From positions 48,732,001 through 48,796,000 of the forward strand of contig NC_043013.1 of NCBI RefSeq assembly GCF_006345805.1: 64,000 bases of DNA, read 5' to 3'. Origin of the DNA: Octopus sinensis. Lineage: Eukaryota. A program made the position numbers and the translations under genes. The notes under the pieces were generated by a model. It ran no database searches and was not told the DNA's origin. It saw nothing but the letters and a program-made list of their open reading frames with translations. Of the stretch, positions 1 through 13,017 are shown in pieces (within the stretch, counting starts at the first letter, position 1; each line of letters begins with the position of its first letter).

Positions 1-415
1 TTTGAAAGAAGAATTTACGATGTCGAGTTCAATAGCACAATAAGTATAGTCTGGAGAAGTATTTGATGTTAATGGAGCTATTAACAAATTGATTGACTCA
101 TTTGATTAAGAAGAACAGAGTAATCGGATCTATGTATGACGTTTGTGTGAGATAAACTGATATTCGACACTTTGTCGAAGTAATCCATTAATATATTTGA
201 TTATTAAAAGTTGAATTCGAGAACACAATTCTCTCTGCAATTTCCAATTTTGAATTTGGATTTTACTTCATATTCATTTCAATAAATAAATATTAACAAT
301 TAAGTTTACTTTACCGATGATTAATGAGACTTTCGTCTTATCACGTACAAAATTAGGGAGCTTGGATTCATGCAAACAGCCGCATTTATACTCCCGTTCA
401 AATGCATTTACTTAC

Positions 416-536
416 GTATAAGTTTACGCAATCTTTAGCTAAGCTTCGTGGAAAATATTTAAAGATTGAAAGCATAAAACAGCATGAACAGATAATATTC
501 TTGTTGTGTATAAAAGTCAAGTCTGCTATAGTTTCG
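416..536 (-). CDS. Candidate internal exon (121 nt) of unidentified minus-strand host gene: ETIADLTFIHNKNIICSCCFMLSIFKYFPRSLAKDCVNLY
   Basis: Acceptor ttttcatgacatttcag|, donor |gtaagt; open for 40 codons in one phase (2->0) in AT-rich DNA; no homology recognised. Confidence 0.4.
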
Positions 537-1148
537 CTGAAATGTCATGAAAATAATTAGCTATTGATGCAATTGTTGTAATGGGATTAGAGGAAACATT
601 TAAATAGTTAATAGGCTTGGGACCTATCTAATCTGCAAACGATTAGCTGACCTATCTTAAAAGTGATTCGGTTTGTATTCATAAAAGTAATGTTTGAATC
701 CCTCTTGATAATTTGATGCCACGATATACTGATAGAACTGACAAGGAACCAAATTAAACTAAATGTCAAAAAAGCAGTGACATGTCTTAATTTCTACTAA
801 TTGTAGACAATTATATATTACATTTCATTTCGACTTTAAAAGTATGTTACAATCGCCAAATTTTTCAAAAATTATTTCAATAAATTGCATTTTCAAAAGT
901 GAAGTATTTAATTTTGGTTTTAGATATTGTTTTCCGCATTCAAATCTCATATAGATACAATGGTAACTAAATAATTTCTCCTAGGTCAGAAAATTTTAAA
1001 GCTTATTAATGATTGTCTATGAGCAAATTCCAGAACAAAATGATATCCAGTTATATTTATTCTATTTCCATTATCTTTACCAGTTCTCCTTGGTTTCCCT
1101 GATTTAATTCAATTCTCGTATCAATTTAAAGCTAAAGAATATACGCAC

Positions 1149-1195
1149 AGACTTTTTCTTTAAATATGTCTTAAAGACAACTATTGCTTTAGTGT
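1149..1195 (-). CDS. Candidate exon (47 nt): TKAIVVFKTYLKKKS
   Basis: Acceptor ccttttcttatgtcag|, donor |gtgcgt; open only in phase 1->0. Confidence 0.3.
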
Positions 1196-1445
1196 CTGAC
1201 ATAAGAAAAGGCAGGCTTTTAATCTACGTTATCAAATTATACATGTGGGCTTTTAGTTTACATTAGTATAATACATATGTTTATCCAATATTGTGTTTAG
1301 TAGATAGCAAGTGAATATGTATGTGTGTGTATGTCTAACTTTACCTAGCTTATTTACCTGCACTAGTATGTTCCACAAATGTTACAATTTGCGTGGGTTT
1401 CAGCCCCAAAATAAGTATCTATCCGTCAGTCCGCCCACCTGTCTG

Positions 1446-1446
<1 letters not shown>

Positions 1447-1541
<95 letters not shown>
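1447..1541. repeat. (TATC)n microsatellite
   Basis: Direct reading. Confidence 0.98.
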
Positions 1542-1543
<2 letters not shown>

Positions 1544-1649
1544 CTTGCATTCGATAAAATGAAGCAATCGTCGAACTAACTTTTCCAGTTTTCTTGTATC
1601 TATTTAAAAAAAAAAGAGGTCCCCTACTTTTATAATTTTAGGTGCATCA

Positions 1650-2420
1650 TAATTTTTTTAATCATCCATTGCTAATGTACAGAAGAAGGGGTTGTTTCCA
1701 TCCCTATTACGATTCTGATTTTCCTCGATAAAAGTTGACTTTAACCATAAATTACTTCTCTGCAGAATGAATTTTTGTCCTTGCATGATTGATTTCTTTT
1801 CGAAGTATTGTGGTGGTTCAGCTGCATTGTTATCTAAACCAAAATTTAAGCATATCGAAAGATACAGAGATTTTCATTGATTGTTTCCAGAAGGTGACTA
1901 AGCATAACTAAGTCGTCCATTATACTGCTTCTAATGTGTTTGAGAAACGGTTTGAGTAGGATATCTAACAAATTTACTCAGACGATTTCACAATTTGGAC
2001 AAACTGTTATTAGTATAACTTTCAGATCACCTGGCGAGGCAACATCAATGCAAATGTCATTGATTGCTTTGCATGCTTGATTTATTTTCCCGCCTTTGTA
2101 ATTTTTGGTATGCTAGATTTACATGTTTTTAATTTCATTTTCATTAGGTCTTCTAGGAATTAGTGTAAATTTAAGTCCTCTGGATAGTATGATTCGTATT
2201 GTCATTAATAGTTCTTTCATAAATTTATAATTTTTATAACGTTTGGTTTCCCCTTTGTTTGGTGCCACTATCTCTTTTCCTGAGGACAAAGCCTACCATT
2301 ACGAACCGGTCCTTAATATCAACATTGCCAACAAAGATCAATCGACCGCTACTACTATTACTGCTGCTTCTAATACTGTAGCACAAGTACGGTCACAACA
2401 GCTATTAATGGGAGACCAAC
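1650..2420 (-). mobile_element. Old R4/Dong-like LINE remnant (pre-RT region)
   Basis: Degenerate PNWKS-like and EAAVIVVA motifs resembling R4-clade ORF, many stops. Confidence 0.3.
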
Positions 2421-2749
2421 GATGACTACAAAGTAAATTTTGTAAAAAAACAAAAACAAAAAATGAATGATTAAATTTAATTCATTTTTTCTTTCTATAA
2501 TCAGACTATATTTTATGAAAAAAGTCTTCAAAGCACATTCTTTTGTTTTGTTTTTATTTATTTCGTTTTCTTTGCTTATATAGGTTTTATAATAAACGCG
2601 ACTATGCTCAAGTTTTATCTTTTTTTTGTATTTTACATTATATTTGATGTTGTGTTGCTTCTTATATTTGATGTTTGTGTTGCTTCTGATTGAATTCGTG
2701 TAGACTTCGTAGCCAAGAGTATTTTGACTGAAAGATAATACTCGGTTAC

Positions 2750-3620
2750 CTTAATCAATAACCGAATAGAACTTATTAAAAATGTTAGGCACCCAAGAAT
2801 TGCGAAAAAACAAGAAACATCGTTGATACATTCAGTACTTTACTATATTTATGAACACATAATCTAAGGAACATAGAAACCTGTTACATTATCCACCAAA
2901 ATATCCTTCTCTTGGTGAGCAACCAACGCATGAAAAAGGCACACAGAACATATAAAAATAATTAAATGACAACCTAAGTTATTAAAAAACCCTACTCACT
3001 AGCGCTAAATAACCTACCAAAAATACAATCCCAGTAATTAAAAAATGTAACGGTCCTAATTCAGGAATCTGCATCACGTTCATATGAAGCATGACATGCG
3101 AATTTAGATGAGAACAAACATTCGCCATAAAAAGTCGTTTCACTTGTGCATCAAGAAATTTGATTTACGTTATCAAATGCAATAGGTGTAGTAAAGGAAA
3201 CATAAGAGGAACGGATCTAATCCCGAGGGACAAAATGACGGTACACAGCCAGCAGATACGAAACTCCAGGACCAGAAAAATATTCGTGAGTAAACATCTA
3301 AATATTTGCCACAAAGATCCCAAATGCGAAATTCTCCCTTTATATCAGTGAACTGGCAAAACCTCAATCTAGTTCCCATTAAATATGTTTATCAAGAAGC
3401 ATAAACCAAAACTAAATACTCTAATTTTAGTTTTTGTTCAATAGAACGAGAAAACGAGAAAACTCAATTTATTCACCCGAACTAAAAAGGACAAGAAACA
3501 ATACAAAATAATAAAGGTAAATCAAACGTTGAGGCAACGGAGTTTCTTCAGGATTTGAAACCCTGACTTAAAGCCCTTCTTTAGTTACACGTTACATTTT
3601 TTTTGTCACTATTTGTTGAT
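2750..3620 (+). mobile_element. Penelope-like element 3' remnant (Cys linker + GIY-YIG endonuclease)
   Basis: ORF 3160-3351 IYVIKCNRCSKG..RDKMTVHSQQIR..VSKHL matches the PLE GIY-YIG pattern; KPKLN terminus near 3410. Confidence 0.75.
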
Positions 3621-3671
3621 GTCAGTCTGGGATGCGTTTTCAAACCTTACCCAACCAATGCTTATATATAT

Positions 3672-3905
<234 letters not shown>

Positions 3906-4184
3906 TTCGTTCAAAGATGCAATATTCTTTATAATATTCTTTATAATAATGTTTAATTTAAAGCTAAGGAAGGATAACAGTTTATTTTTTAAAATCATTT
4001 GAAGCTTCTGAAATTCCTGTTAAACTAATTAATCTAATTCCAGCTAACATACATCCCTTTAAAATTCCCCCAAGAAAATAGTATGGTAATATTTTTTATA
4101 AATCACTAATGTTCCTGCTAAACATAGCCAGTATACCTACACAACTATGCCCTCGACTTTGTTTCCTTACAACCTCCAGAAAAA

Positions 4185-4810
4185 TGGATATTTTTGAACG
4201 AAATTTTATACAAATACGCTTCAGATGGTGCAGATTCTCAGTATATCAGAATTTGTTATGGAAAAAAATTCGTGGGAGTAAAGAGGAGTTTCAGCAAGTT
4301 CACAAGAGTCGGCTTCGTTTCTCTATAGCTTTCAGAAAATATGGGTACATTTTAATGAAATTTTCTACAAATACATCTCAATTTCTTGATTACGAACATA
4401 TTGGAATTTAACATGAAAAAAATGGTGAATATGTATACATATATACACTGAAACACATCACATTATTCTTTTAGAAACTCCAAGTTTCATTTAATATATA
4501 TATGTGAGGGTGTCAGTATAAATGTGTGCGAGTCCCCTAATGTTTTGTTTTTATATAAAATTCCGATATAATTGTAATCTACGCATTCTAAAAAGTATCT
4601 GTTGATAGTTTCATTAAAAAATACCCATATTTCTCAAATTTATGAGGAAACATCTGATTTGTATGAATTTTCAAAAACCTCTCTCCCCAGGCAAATGCCA
4701 ATTTTCCAGAAACCCCACTCCCTACTCACGGAAGAATTTTTTTACAACAAATATAATCGGAATCTACACCATCTGAAGTGTATTTGTTGAAAAGTTCATA
4801 AAAATATAAT
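4185..4810. repeat. Degenerate long inverted repeat (foldback/MITE-like)
   Basis: About 4185-4430 resembles the reverse complement of about 4560-4810 (caaatac.cttcagatggtg.agatt...; aaatatgggta..ttttaatgaaa). Confidence 0.6.
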
Positions 4811-5473
4811 TTTTTCTAAACATAATGAGAAAACAAAATTAGAGGAATGCATACTTGTGTAGGTATACCACATAGTCTATGAAATACATCCACAGAAATT
4901 AAAATTATGCTTTCTCTTTTGACTTGGCACATTGCTCACACCCCCAAAATGCTTAGCAGTTTAAATGAATGGAATAGCTTTCTACCAGGAATCGAAATTG
5001 CACTGCAGTTCCTGCTTTTCAGGAATACACCTCTCTCCCTATGACGCTCACCAGTTCTATACAGAAAATGCGCGTTTAACGAATATCATTAAACTTTGCA
5101 AGGCAAAAACCCACTTCTTTGCAATGACATTTAATAAGCAAATAGGTAAATCAATTTCTAGATAAATATTTTAAAACTGTTTTTTAATGATGCCTTTTTA
5201 GCAATGATATGAAAGTACTTAAAATATGCTTTCGGAGAAATTAAAAACATGACATTTTTATATTTGAGATAGTTAAAAGATCAAGATGTTTATGAAACGC
5301 TATCTTATTTCATTGTCTATACATCAAGGGGTTTTAACAATAGTTGAACAACAAATCAAGTCGACCATTTCTGCTGGCACTGAAGTAAAAATATTTTCTT
5401 TGTTAAATTAAATTACTCTTACAACTAATTTATGATTTCCAATGTTACAATCATTATTATTTCTGGCAAATAC

Positions 5474-5500
5474 TTAATTTTTGCATCCTTTGATACAAAA
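5474..5500 (-). CDS. Candidate 27-nt microexon (LYQRMQKL)
   Basis: Acceptor cttgtgtttttcag|, donor |gtattt; symmetric, open in phase 1. Confidence 0.25.
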   Translation of the reverse strand, partial: FCIKGCKN

Positions 5501-5868
5501 CTGAAAAACACAAGTCAACAAAAAACGTAACTACATTGTCACTTGTCTTGGTAAAATTAACAGCTAAACCGCCTTCAAATCACACCCTACAATTTGTTTT
5601 GGAAAACCACATTGACAGTTCGGATACATTTTGTTCGAAAAATAGAGGGAATGGTCATGGTAGGATGCCTTAGCTCTTTAAACCCGATCAGAGCTGAACT
5701 GGTACTAAACAGTAAGAACAACTGATTACTCAGTGATACCTTAAACATAGGCAGCCAATGCCTTCTCAATCACAGCTTTCTCAACTACAATCCTTCCACC
5801 CACCATATTTTTCCAGCAGATTTTGACCTGCAGATATTTATACTAAACTTCAACCACATCTATCTTAC

Positions 5869-5882
5869 CTATTTGGAGAGAC
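5869..5882 (-). CDS. Candidate 14-nt microexon
   Basis: ctttacag|GTCTCTCCAAATAG|gtaaga. Confidence 0.25.
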
Positions 5883-5969
5883 CTGTAAAGCTCATAGAAA
5901 TTGTTTTTCTTTTTCTGTCTAGCAAACAAAAAATGCCAGTAAGTTATTTATAGAATTAGTCCAACTTAC

Positions 5970-6007
5970 CGAATCGCTTTGAATCTTTTTCTACCCAAGG
6001 AAAATTT
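5970..6007 (-). CDS. Candidate 38-nt exon (KFSLGRKRFKAI or NFPWVEKDSKRF)
   Basis: tttttacatttaaag| ... |gtaagt; two phases open. Confidence 0.3.
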
Positions 6008-6124
6008 CTTTAAATGTAAAAATTACAATAATATATATTTCATATATGAAAACAATTCTAAAATATAAATTTTCCAGGCAAATAAGATATATATATGTAA
6101 TTGTTCTACTAACATACTGCCTTA

Positions 6125-6330
6125 AAGCTGCGAGCTAGCAGAACCGACAGCAAGCCAGGCGAAATGCTTAGCGGCATTTCGTTCGTCTTCACGTCCAGAG
6201 TTTAAATTCCGTCGCGGTTTTACCTTTCATATTTTTGGAGTTGATAAAATATGTACCAGTTGAGTAATGGAATCGATGTAATTGACATATCCATCAAATT
6301 GCCGGCCTTGTGCGAAAATTTAAAATCAAT
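6125..6330 (+). mobile_element. SINE family B (ggcggcgagctggcagaaacgttagc head), diverged
   Basis: Similarity to copies at 19416, 45591, 10623. Confidence 0.85.
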
Positions 6331-8373
6331 ACACTGTCTTCTTCTGATATAAATCGTTCCTATCTCGTATAACAGGCATGTGAAAGGACAAGATGTTCAA
6401 AGTTGGCTGGAAACCTGCAAAAAGCTCACTGAATATCGCAAGTGTAACCAAGATTCAGCGGTAATATTAATAAGAGGAGTAAAGGACGAACCAACAGTAA
6501 TTTCAATTTCTCAAACAGAAAAATATAGAAAAATGGGAGAGATTTGTATAACAAATATTCAGTTTAAGTTGCTACCGGTTTAAGGGAAAACGTGGAAATA
6601 GTATGAAGTCACACGCTAATGAATTTATATATCAAGTTGGGGGATATGGCTATACGTAGAGTTTAGCCTTGAAGCAGAAACCTAGCATTTCTAAAGTTGT
6701 CTTTTATTATTTGGAGAGTTAAAATAATCCTTATTTGGTAAGGCCATAGAAACTACCCTACTTGTTTAACTCGTAAATGCGTAAATGTTGCAGTTAAAAT
6801 ATTTATGGAGTATGTTCATATGATTTAATGATAATTTGGGTGCTTGTTTTCAGGAGAAATCCCCCAAATAATGATTACTTTTATTATATATAAAACAATA
6901 GTAATCATTGAGAAAATTAGAGTCTAGTCTCACTGAACAACTGTTAAAGACCTTTGGAAATACGCATCCCCATATGTTTCTTGAATATAAATTAAGTGGA
7001 GACCAAATCATTTTCAAATATTTGCAATGAAAGTGATAGAAACAAATGATAGCTAATGCAGTGCAGTTTTAGTTTTCCTTTATAAGATTTTAATTCAGAA
7101 GAAATTATTCATTCTGAAATTAAACTCTTAGATCTTGGTTAACTGTATCTATAGGGCTTCAGGTAATATAGCGCCACACGGTTCAAATCGCCTAGGAACG
7201 GAATCGTCAATTCCGTCTATTCGATCCTCTAGGCAAAATAAAACCAATAGAGATTTATTCAATGAAAATATCGCATACACTTTAAATTTCTAGTTTGCAC
7301 TTTTAAAATTTTGTTGCGAATTTTAAATTTGAACAAATCATCTTCTTCAGCTCAATGACTAACTCTTTTCATCGTACAAATCTTATCTGGTGCATATTAC
7401 AATAGTTTGATAGAAAGAGAATATTGAGTTAGTGACTGAAGCTGTTCAATTTCTTTAATGGCTTCACAAAAGAACAATAATGGTGGATATCCCTTGAGTA
7501 ATACTGCTTTTTTAAACACTATTTCACAATGATGTGTTTATGAAAGAAGGACAATTGCTATTAGGTATATCGGAAATAAAAGTCATGAACTATAAACTTT
7601 ACATCTGGCATTTTCAACAAACTGAATCTTTTAGATATTGAATAATGCAATGATATAATTACAATACCTTATTCAATGCTAATATGTTCAGGAGAAATTG
7701 GATTGTTTTATCTTTTCTCGTGAAATATTGTTATTATAAAACAATAACCTAATTAAATAGTTCGTCACAGAACAAAATGGCTATGATTAATAATGCGAAC
7801 TCTTGCCCGTCAAAATCAACATGCCATCATCAGGGAAAGGATATGTCGATCAAATGAAGAAGGCAAATGAATTATTAGTTTAATCAGGCAATCTCCATTA
7901 AATGCTTTTCATATTCAAGTATTGATGAATTATGTTCTCTGCTTTTTAAACAAACGGTCGACTTTCTCAAAATATTGTCAATAAAAATGAATAGAAAATG
8001 ATCGCTTTATCGCGTTTAAATGAAACTGGGGAATAAAAGTGAAAAACATATTGTTTAGGATAATTCGATCGTTTGTTTGCTTATAAACGTTTGTTCTTCC
8101 TTAAAATCAATTATTTTGTTTTATTCTAAACCGATCATTTTCATGGATAACTCAAGAGACATTCACAACGATACATCATGGAAATCATTCTGAAAGTGTA
8201 TTTACTTTCTTTTACATTAAAGAATAGTAGGAATAGGAAAACCGTAAAATCATGGACTGAATATTAATAAGACCTTTGTATTTTCAAATAAATCCATTTT
8301 CTCAGAAATCACATTATAATATACTTAAAAAAATTGTTTCATGTCGGTTATTTAAAAAATGTTCTATGTATAT

Positions 8374-8557
8374 TTGCTTGACAACCGATGCTGGTGTGTT
8401 CACGTCCCCGTCACTTAGCGGTTCGGCAAAAAAGACCGATAGAATAAGTACTGGGCTTACAAAGAATAAGTCCCGGGGTCGAGTGGCTCGACTAAAGGCG
8501 GTGCTCCAGCATGGCCGCAGTCAAATGACTGAAACGAGTAAAAGAGTGAAAGAGTAA
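8374..8557 (+). mobile_element. SINE family A, 3' half
   Basis: caaccgatgctggtgtg...ggcggtgctccagcatggccgcagtcaaatgactgaaac shared with 38279 and 40518 copies. Confidence 0.92.
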
Positions 8558-9754
8558 ATATCATTAAAACTTGGCAGTTTAACCTTTGCATAGCCAGTTT
8601 ATTTCCTGTTTAGTGAACTGGTTCATCATAGTCATTAATAATTGAGGCCAATTTATAAACACTACTTATATTAATATTTTGTTTCTGCGTGTAAATCGCC
8701 ATCCAGTTCATTCAGAGATTTTCATACGCCACTTTTATTTATTAAATCAGTCGTCATCTGAATAGATGCCTGCGCTTGCATGACAAGTGATGATGCTGAC
8801 GATATCGACTGTGATGCTGATGATATAATGAATTATGATAATGTTAAATAAGGAACATGGATATTTCAATGATATAAAAAGAAGTTTGTTTATACTCCAG
8901 GGTGTTATAGCGATATCCCCTCAAGTAGAAGAAATATTATTTACATATCATTGCAGTATCCATGTTCACTTGCTCAACATTATTATCGCGATTCAATATC
9001 ATCGTCGTCATAGCGACCAACAAAATACTTCTCCTACACCTCCACCACATTCTTTTTTCTCTCTCGTACTTCCCTTAGACTTCTCTCTTCTCTTGACAAC
9101 AATCACCATCATTAATATTCTCCAGTTATTCTCATAGATTCGATGTTGCTTGCTTTTTGAGGAAATCACTGAGATGTTTTTACACGGCGAGTTCAAATCC
9201 TGCCTAGATCAAATTTGCCTTCGATCCTGCTAGGGTCAATAAAATGAGGTACTAGCGAAGGACTGGCTCGAATTTATTGACTATACCCCACCCCATAATA
9301 ATTCGTATTGTTATACTGATATTAGAAATCAATATTAAAGGAGTTAATATAATGGTGATAATGTGAAATTTTCGTATTGATTATGCATATTTACTCCTGA
9401 ACACAAATAATTTAGATGGACTTCTTTATTAGAATGAGCACTTGCTTCTGAAAAGTGGGAACAAACTTTTTAAATTTTTGTTTACAATGCATTTTATGGA
9501 TTAAAGGAACCATGATTTAAGTGCTACTACATCGTTCTAGCAACACAAAACCAGCAACATAATGTTTTCTAATGTGGAAAAGGACTAGAATCAAATGCAT
9601 TCACGTGAACAGACACATACAAGCGCATGTTTACGGATATGATCGGTTATCACGCTACGTAACCTGTAATTTTCTCTCTTTCCCCTGCTCTGTTCCTTTC
9701 ATCTCACTATGTGTATGTATGTATGTATCTCTGTGCGTACGTACTTACGTGCGT

Positions 9755-9792
<38 letters not shown>

Positions 9793-10059
9793 GTGGGTGT
9801 GTATGTGTGTGTGTCTATAAACACACACATACATGCAGTTAGTTCGACAATTAAATAAATATACGGAAAATAAAATAATGAATAATAAGATAGGATGAAT
9901 CCTACATCGTTTAGTAGTAGGATACATCCTATCTTATTATATATTTAATGCTACATTTTACAGAAATAGTGATGGAGTGAGACTGTATTTTCAGAAAGAG
10001 CTAATAAAATATGTGCTCAGTTTAATATTGAAGAATACAAGAAAAAGCATATTCTCTAC

Positions 10060-10069
<10 letters not shown>

Positions 10070-10122
<53 letters not shown>

Positions 10123-10488
10123 AATATATATATATACACATGCATACACACCAATACACGCCCACGTATAATATATTGTACGTTGTGCATTGTAGTTTCG
10201 AAAGGGGGAACAAAACGGCATCCATTTTGAACGTTGCTTGCATTTTTGTTGGTTTTCGGAGTAGCTCACACATTGGGTACCATTTGATTGCCATCTCGGA
10301 TTATGCCGGATCTTCATTCTTGATTATATATATATTTATTTGATTATATATATATTTATTTGTATATATATACATACATACTCACACACACGCACACACA
10401 TATATATATGCATACATATATATATATATACACACATATACATATATATATATATTTATACATATATACATATACATATATATATATA

Positions 10489-10575
<87 letters not shown>

Positions 10576-10620
10576 TATACATATATATACATATATATAT
10601 GTATACATACATACATATAT
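10070..10620. repeat. (TA)n/(CA)n compound microsatellites
   Basis: Direct reading. Confidence 0.95.
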
Positions 10621-10622
10621 GT

Positions 10623-10854
10623 GTTTCTTTATTGCCCACAAGGGGCTAAGCATAGAGGGGACAAACAAGGACAGACAAACGGATTAAGTTGATTACATCG
10701 ACCCCAGTGCGTAACTGGTACTTAATTTATCGACCCCGAAGGGATGAAAGGCAAAGTCGACGTCGGCGGAATTTGAACTCATAACGCAACGACAGACGCA
10801 ATACCGCTAAGCATTTCGCCCGGTGTGCTAACGTTTCTGCCAGCTCGCCGCCTT
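10623..10854 (-). mobile_element. SINE family B, full length
   Basis: Reverse complement of family B consensus ending ...ctcgccgcctt. Confidence 0.95.
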
Positions 10855-10865
10855 AAATACATACA

Positions 10866-10901
<36 letters not shown>

Positions 10902-10904
10902 TAT

Positions 10905-11002
10905 ATATGTTTCTTTCTATGTTGCTGTCTGTGGAAGAGCGTAGGATTGAAACGTTACAGACTTTCTCACTTCCTAAGGGTTAAACTAATACATCTGTTT
11001 GT

Positions 11003-11073
<71 letters not shown>

Positions 11074-11225
11074 TTGTTTCTTTCTATGTTGCTGTCTGTG
11101 GAAGAGCGTAGGCTCGAAACGTTACAGACTTTCTCACTTCCTAAGCGTTAAACTAATACATCTGTTTGTTGTGTATATATATATATATAAATAAAGAATG
11201 TGTAGTGGCTAGCGATCTATCCTAT
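10905..11225 (+). mobile_element. Short repeat family E (two tandem copies plus an inverted end piece), probably PLE pLTR-derived
   Basis: gaagagcgtaggctcgaaacgt...ctaatacatctgtttgtt twice; third copy at 25585-25785. Confidence 0.7.
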
Positions 11226-11395
11226 GACGGGGTGCTGAAAAGTTCCTAAGGTTTAAAGGTATCACAAAAGGCATGGGATGAGTGTTTGGGGCTGAGGGGA
11301 AGGTCACATTGCTGCTAAAAACTATGACACACCCATGAGCATATACACATACAAGCATGCTCTCTCTCTCACACACACACTCACACACACATACA

Positions 11396-11457
<62 letters not shown>

Positions 11458-11528
11458 CCGGAGTAAACACATAAATGTGAAACAAGGTGGAAAAAAGAGT
11501 ACTCAAATACCAGAGGTAGAGTAATATG

Positions 11529-11630
11529 CTTTATTTAAAAGCAGCAGATATTAACAAAACTGTCCGACGAACGGGAACGTGAAACTCCGAGTAACAGCTT
11601 TTGTTAAATTTCTGCTGCTTTTAAATAAAG
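11529..11630 (+). ncRNA. Type I hammerhead ribozyme fold at apex of a hairpin (core CCGACGA, U4C)
   Basis: Stem I ctgt/acag extended by about 30 bp of inverted repeat; CCGACGA; stem II acg-ggaa-cgt; GAAA; stem III act-ccg-agt; GUA cleavage triplet ending 11593. Confidence 0.8.
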
Positions 11631-11683
11631 TATATATACACACACACGCACACACACACACCACACACACACACCACACACAC

Positions 11684-11760
<77 letters not shown>

Positions 11761-12254
11761 AGTAGATTTAGCGGTTGGAATAACCGTCTCAGAGATAAGA
11801 ATATCTGTTATTACTACCAGCGTAAATCACCTATGTGAACTCGGGGCATGGATATGCAAGCATACTAAGCTCATAGGATACATGCAATAACAAGATAAGC
11901 AAGAGTTTATCAGGAATCCAATTTAAATTAAGCAGAATGATATGATTCTAATTTATTAAACCCCCTTTCCTCATCTCGAGGCCCCGTTCTTTCCTCTTTC
12001 CTCTTTCCTCTTCGCTTCTTTTATTTTATGTACTTGCCTTCACTCTTATGAAGCTCCATGTACCAGATCGGATGTGCTATAAAATATGACTAATATTATT
12101 CTTATAATTTTCTTTGGCAGCGTCGACTAACACAGGTAGTAGAAACAGCTGTTAGCCATGTTAAAGTTTTGTATTAAGAAAAAATAATAACTGATGGTAG
12201 TCAATTTGTTTGTTGATCAAAGATTTTCTCCATTGTCTCGTCAATATATATAAT

Positions 12255-12285
<31 letters not shown>

Positions 12286-12289
12286 GAAA

Positions 12290-12725
12290 GAAGGTTTGAA
12301 AATGCAATTTAAAAAGATGTTTATTTACTTTACCGGTTTCACTTTCTTAGAAAAAGATTGTCAGAAGTAAAATGTAAAAGCTTTGTTGTGCTAAGTACTG
12401 GTTGTCACAAAATATTACAATACATATATACATTCTTTGATAATAATAAGATCATGTTAAAAACAGTTTACAAGGAAAAACTTGGGAAAATATTAAAAAG
12501 TTCATAAATATTAGGCACAAAAAATTACAATACATATATACATTCTTTGATAATAATAAGAAAATGTTGAAAACAGTTTACAGAAAAAATCTTGAAAAAT
12601 TATTAAAAAGTTCATAAAAAATATTAGGATTTCTTTAAGAATCACGTTTGTTTGGAAGTATCTATCTATATATATATATATATATATACACAGAAAATTA
12701 TAAGTTCAAAAACGTCATATGTTGG

Positions 12726-12763
<38 letters not shown>

Positions 12764-12977
12764 AGAGATATATTTAGGAGTTTACAAAGAATTTGGGATG
12801 AACTGACCTGTTTCACCATTTTATCGTAAAAGACTATTTTCTATTTCAAGGGGCAGTATAGGAGGTGTGTTTGAGTGGGGGGAAGGAAGGGCAATGTGGA
12901 ATTGAAAGGGAGTTTTTGTTTCTCTTTGAAGGTTAAGTGGTTTTGGGGATTGGTCTTTAGAGGTCAGAATGGTGTGA

Positions 12978-13017
<40 letters not shown>

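Noticed and set aside
3527-3585. Possible inverted hammerhead relic after the PLE remnant
   Set aside because: Left core too degenerate (tttaagt) to support
4730-4772. Apparent minus-strand exon with good splice sites
   Set aside because: Lies in one arm of the 4185-4810 inverted repeat, so the signals are repeat-derived
6934-6940. 7-nt microexon candidate
   Set aside because: Phase-incompatible with the preferred chain; illustrates the chance rate of such pairs
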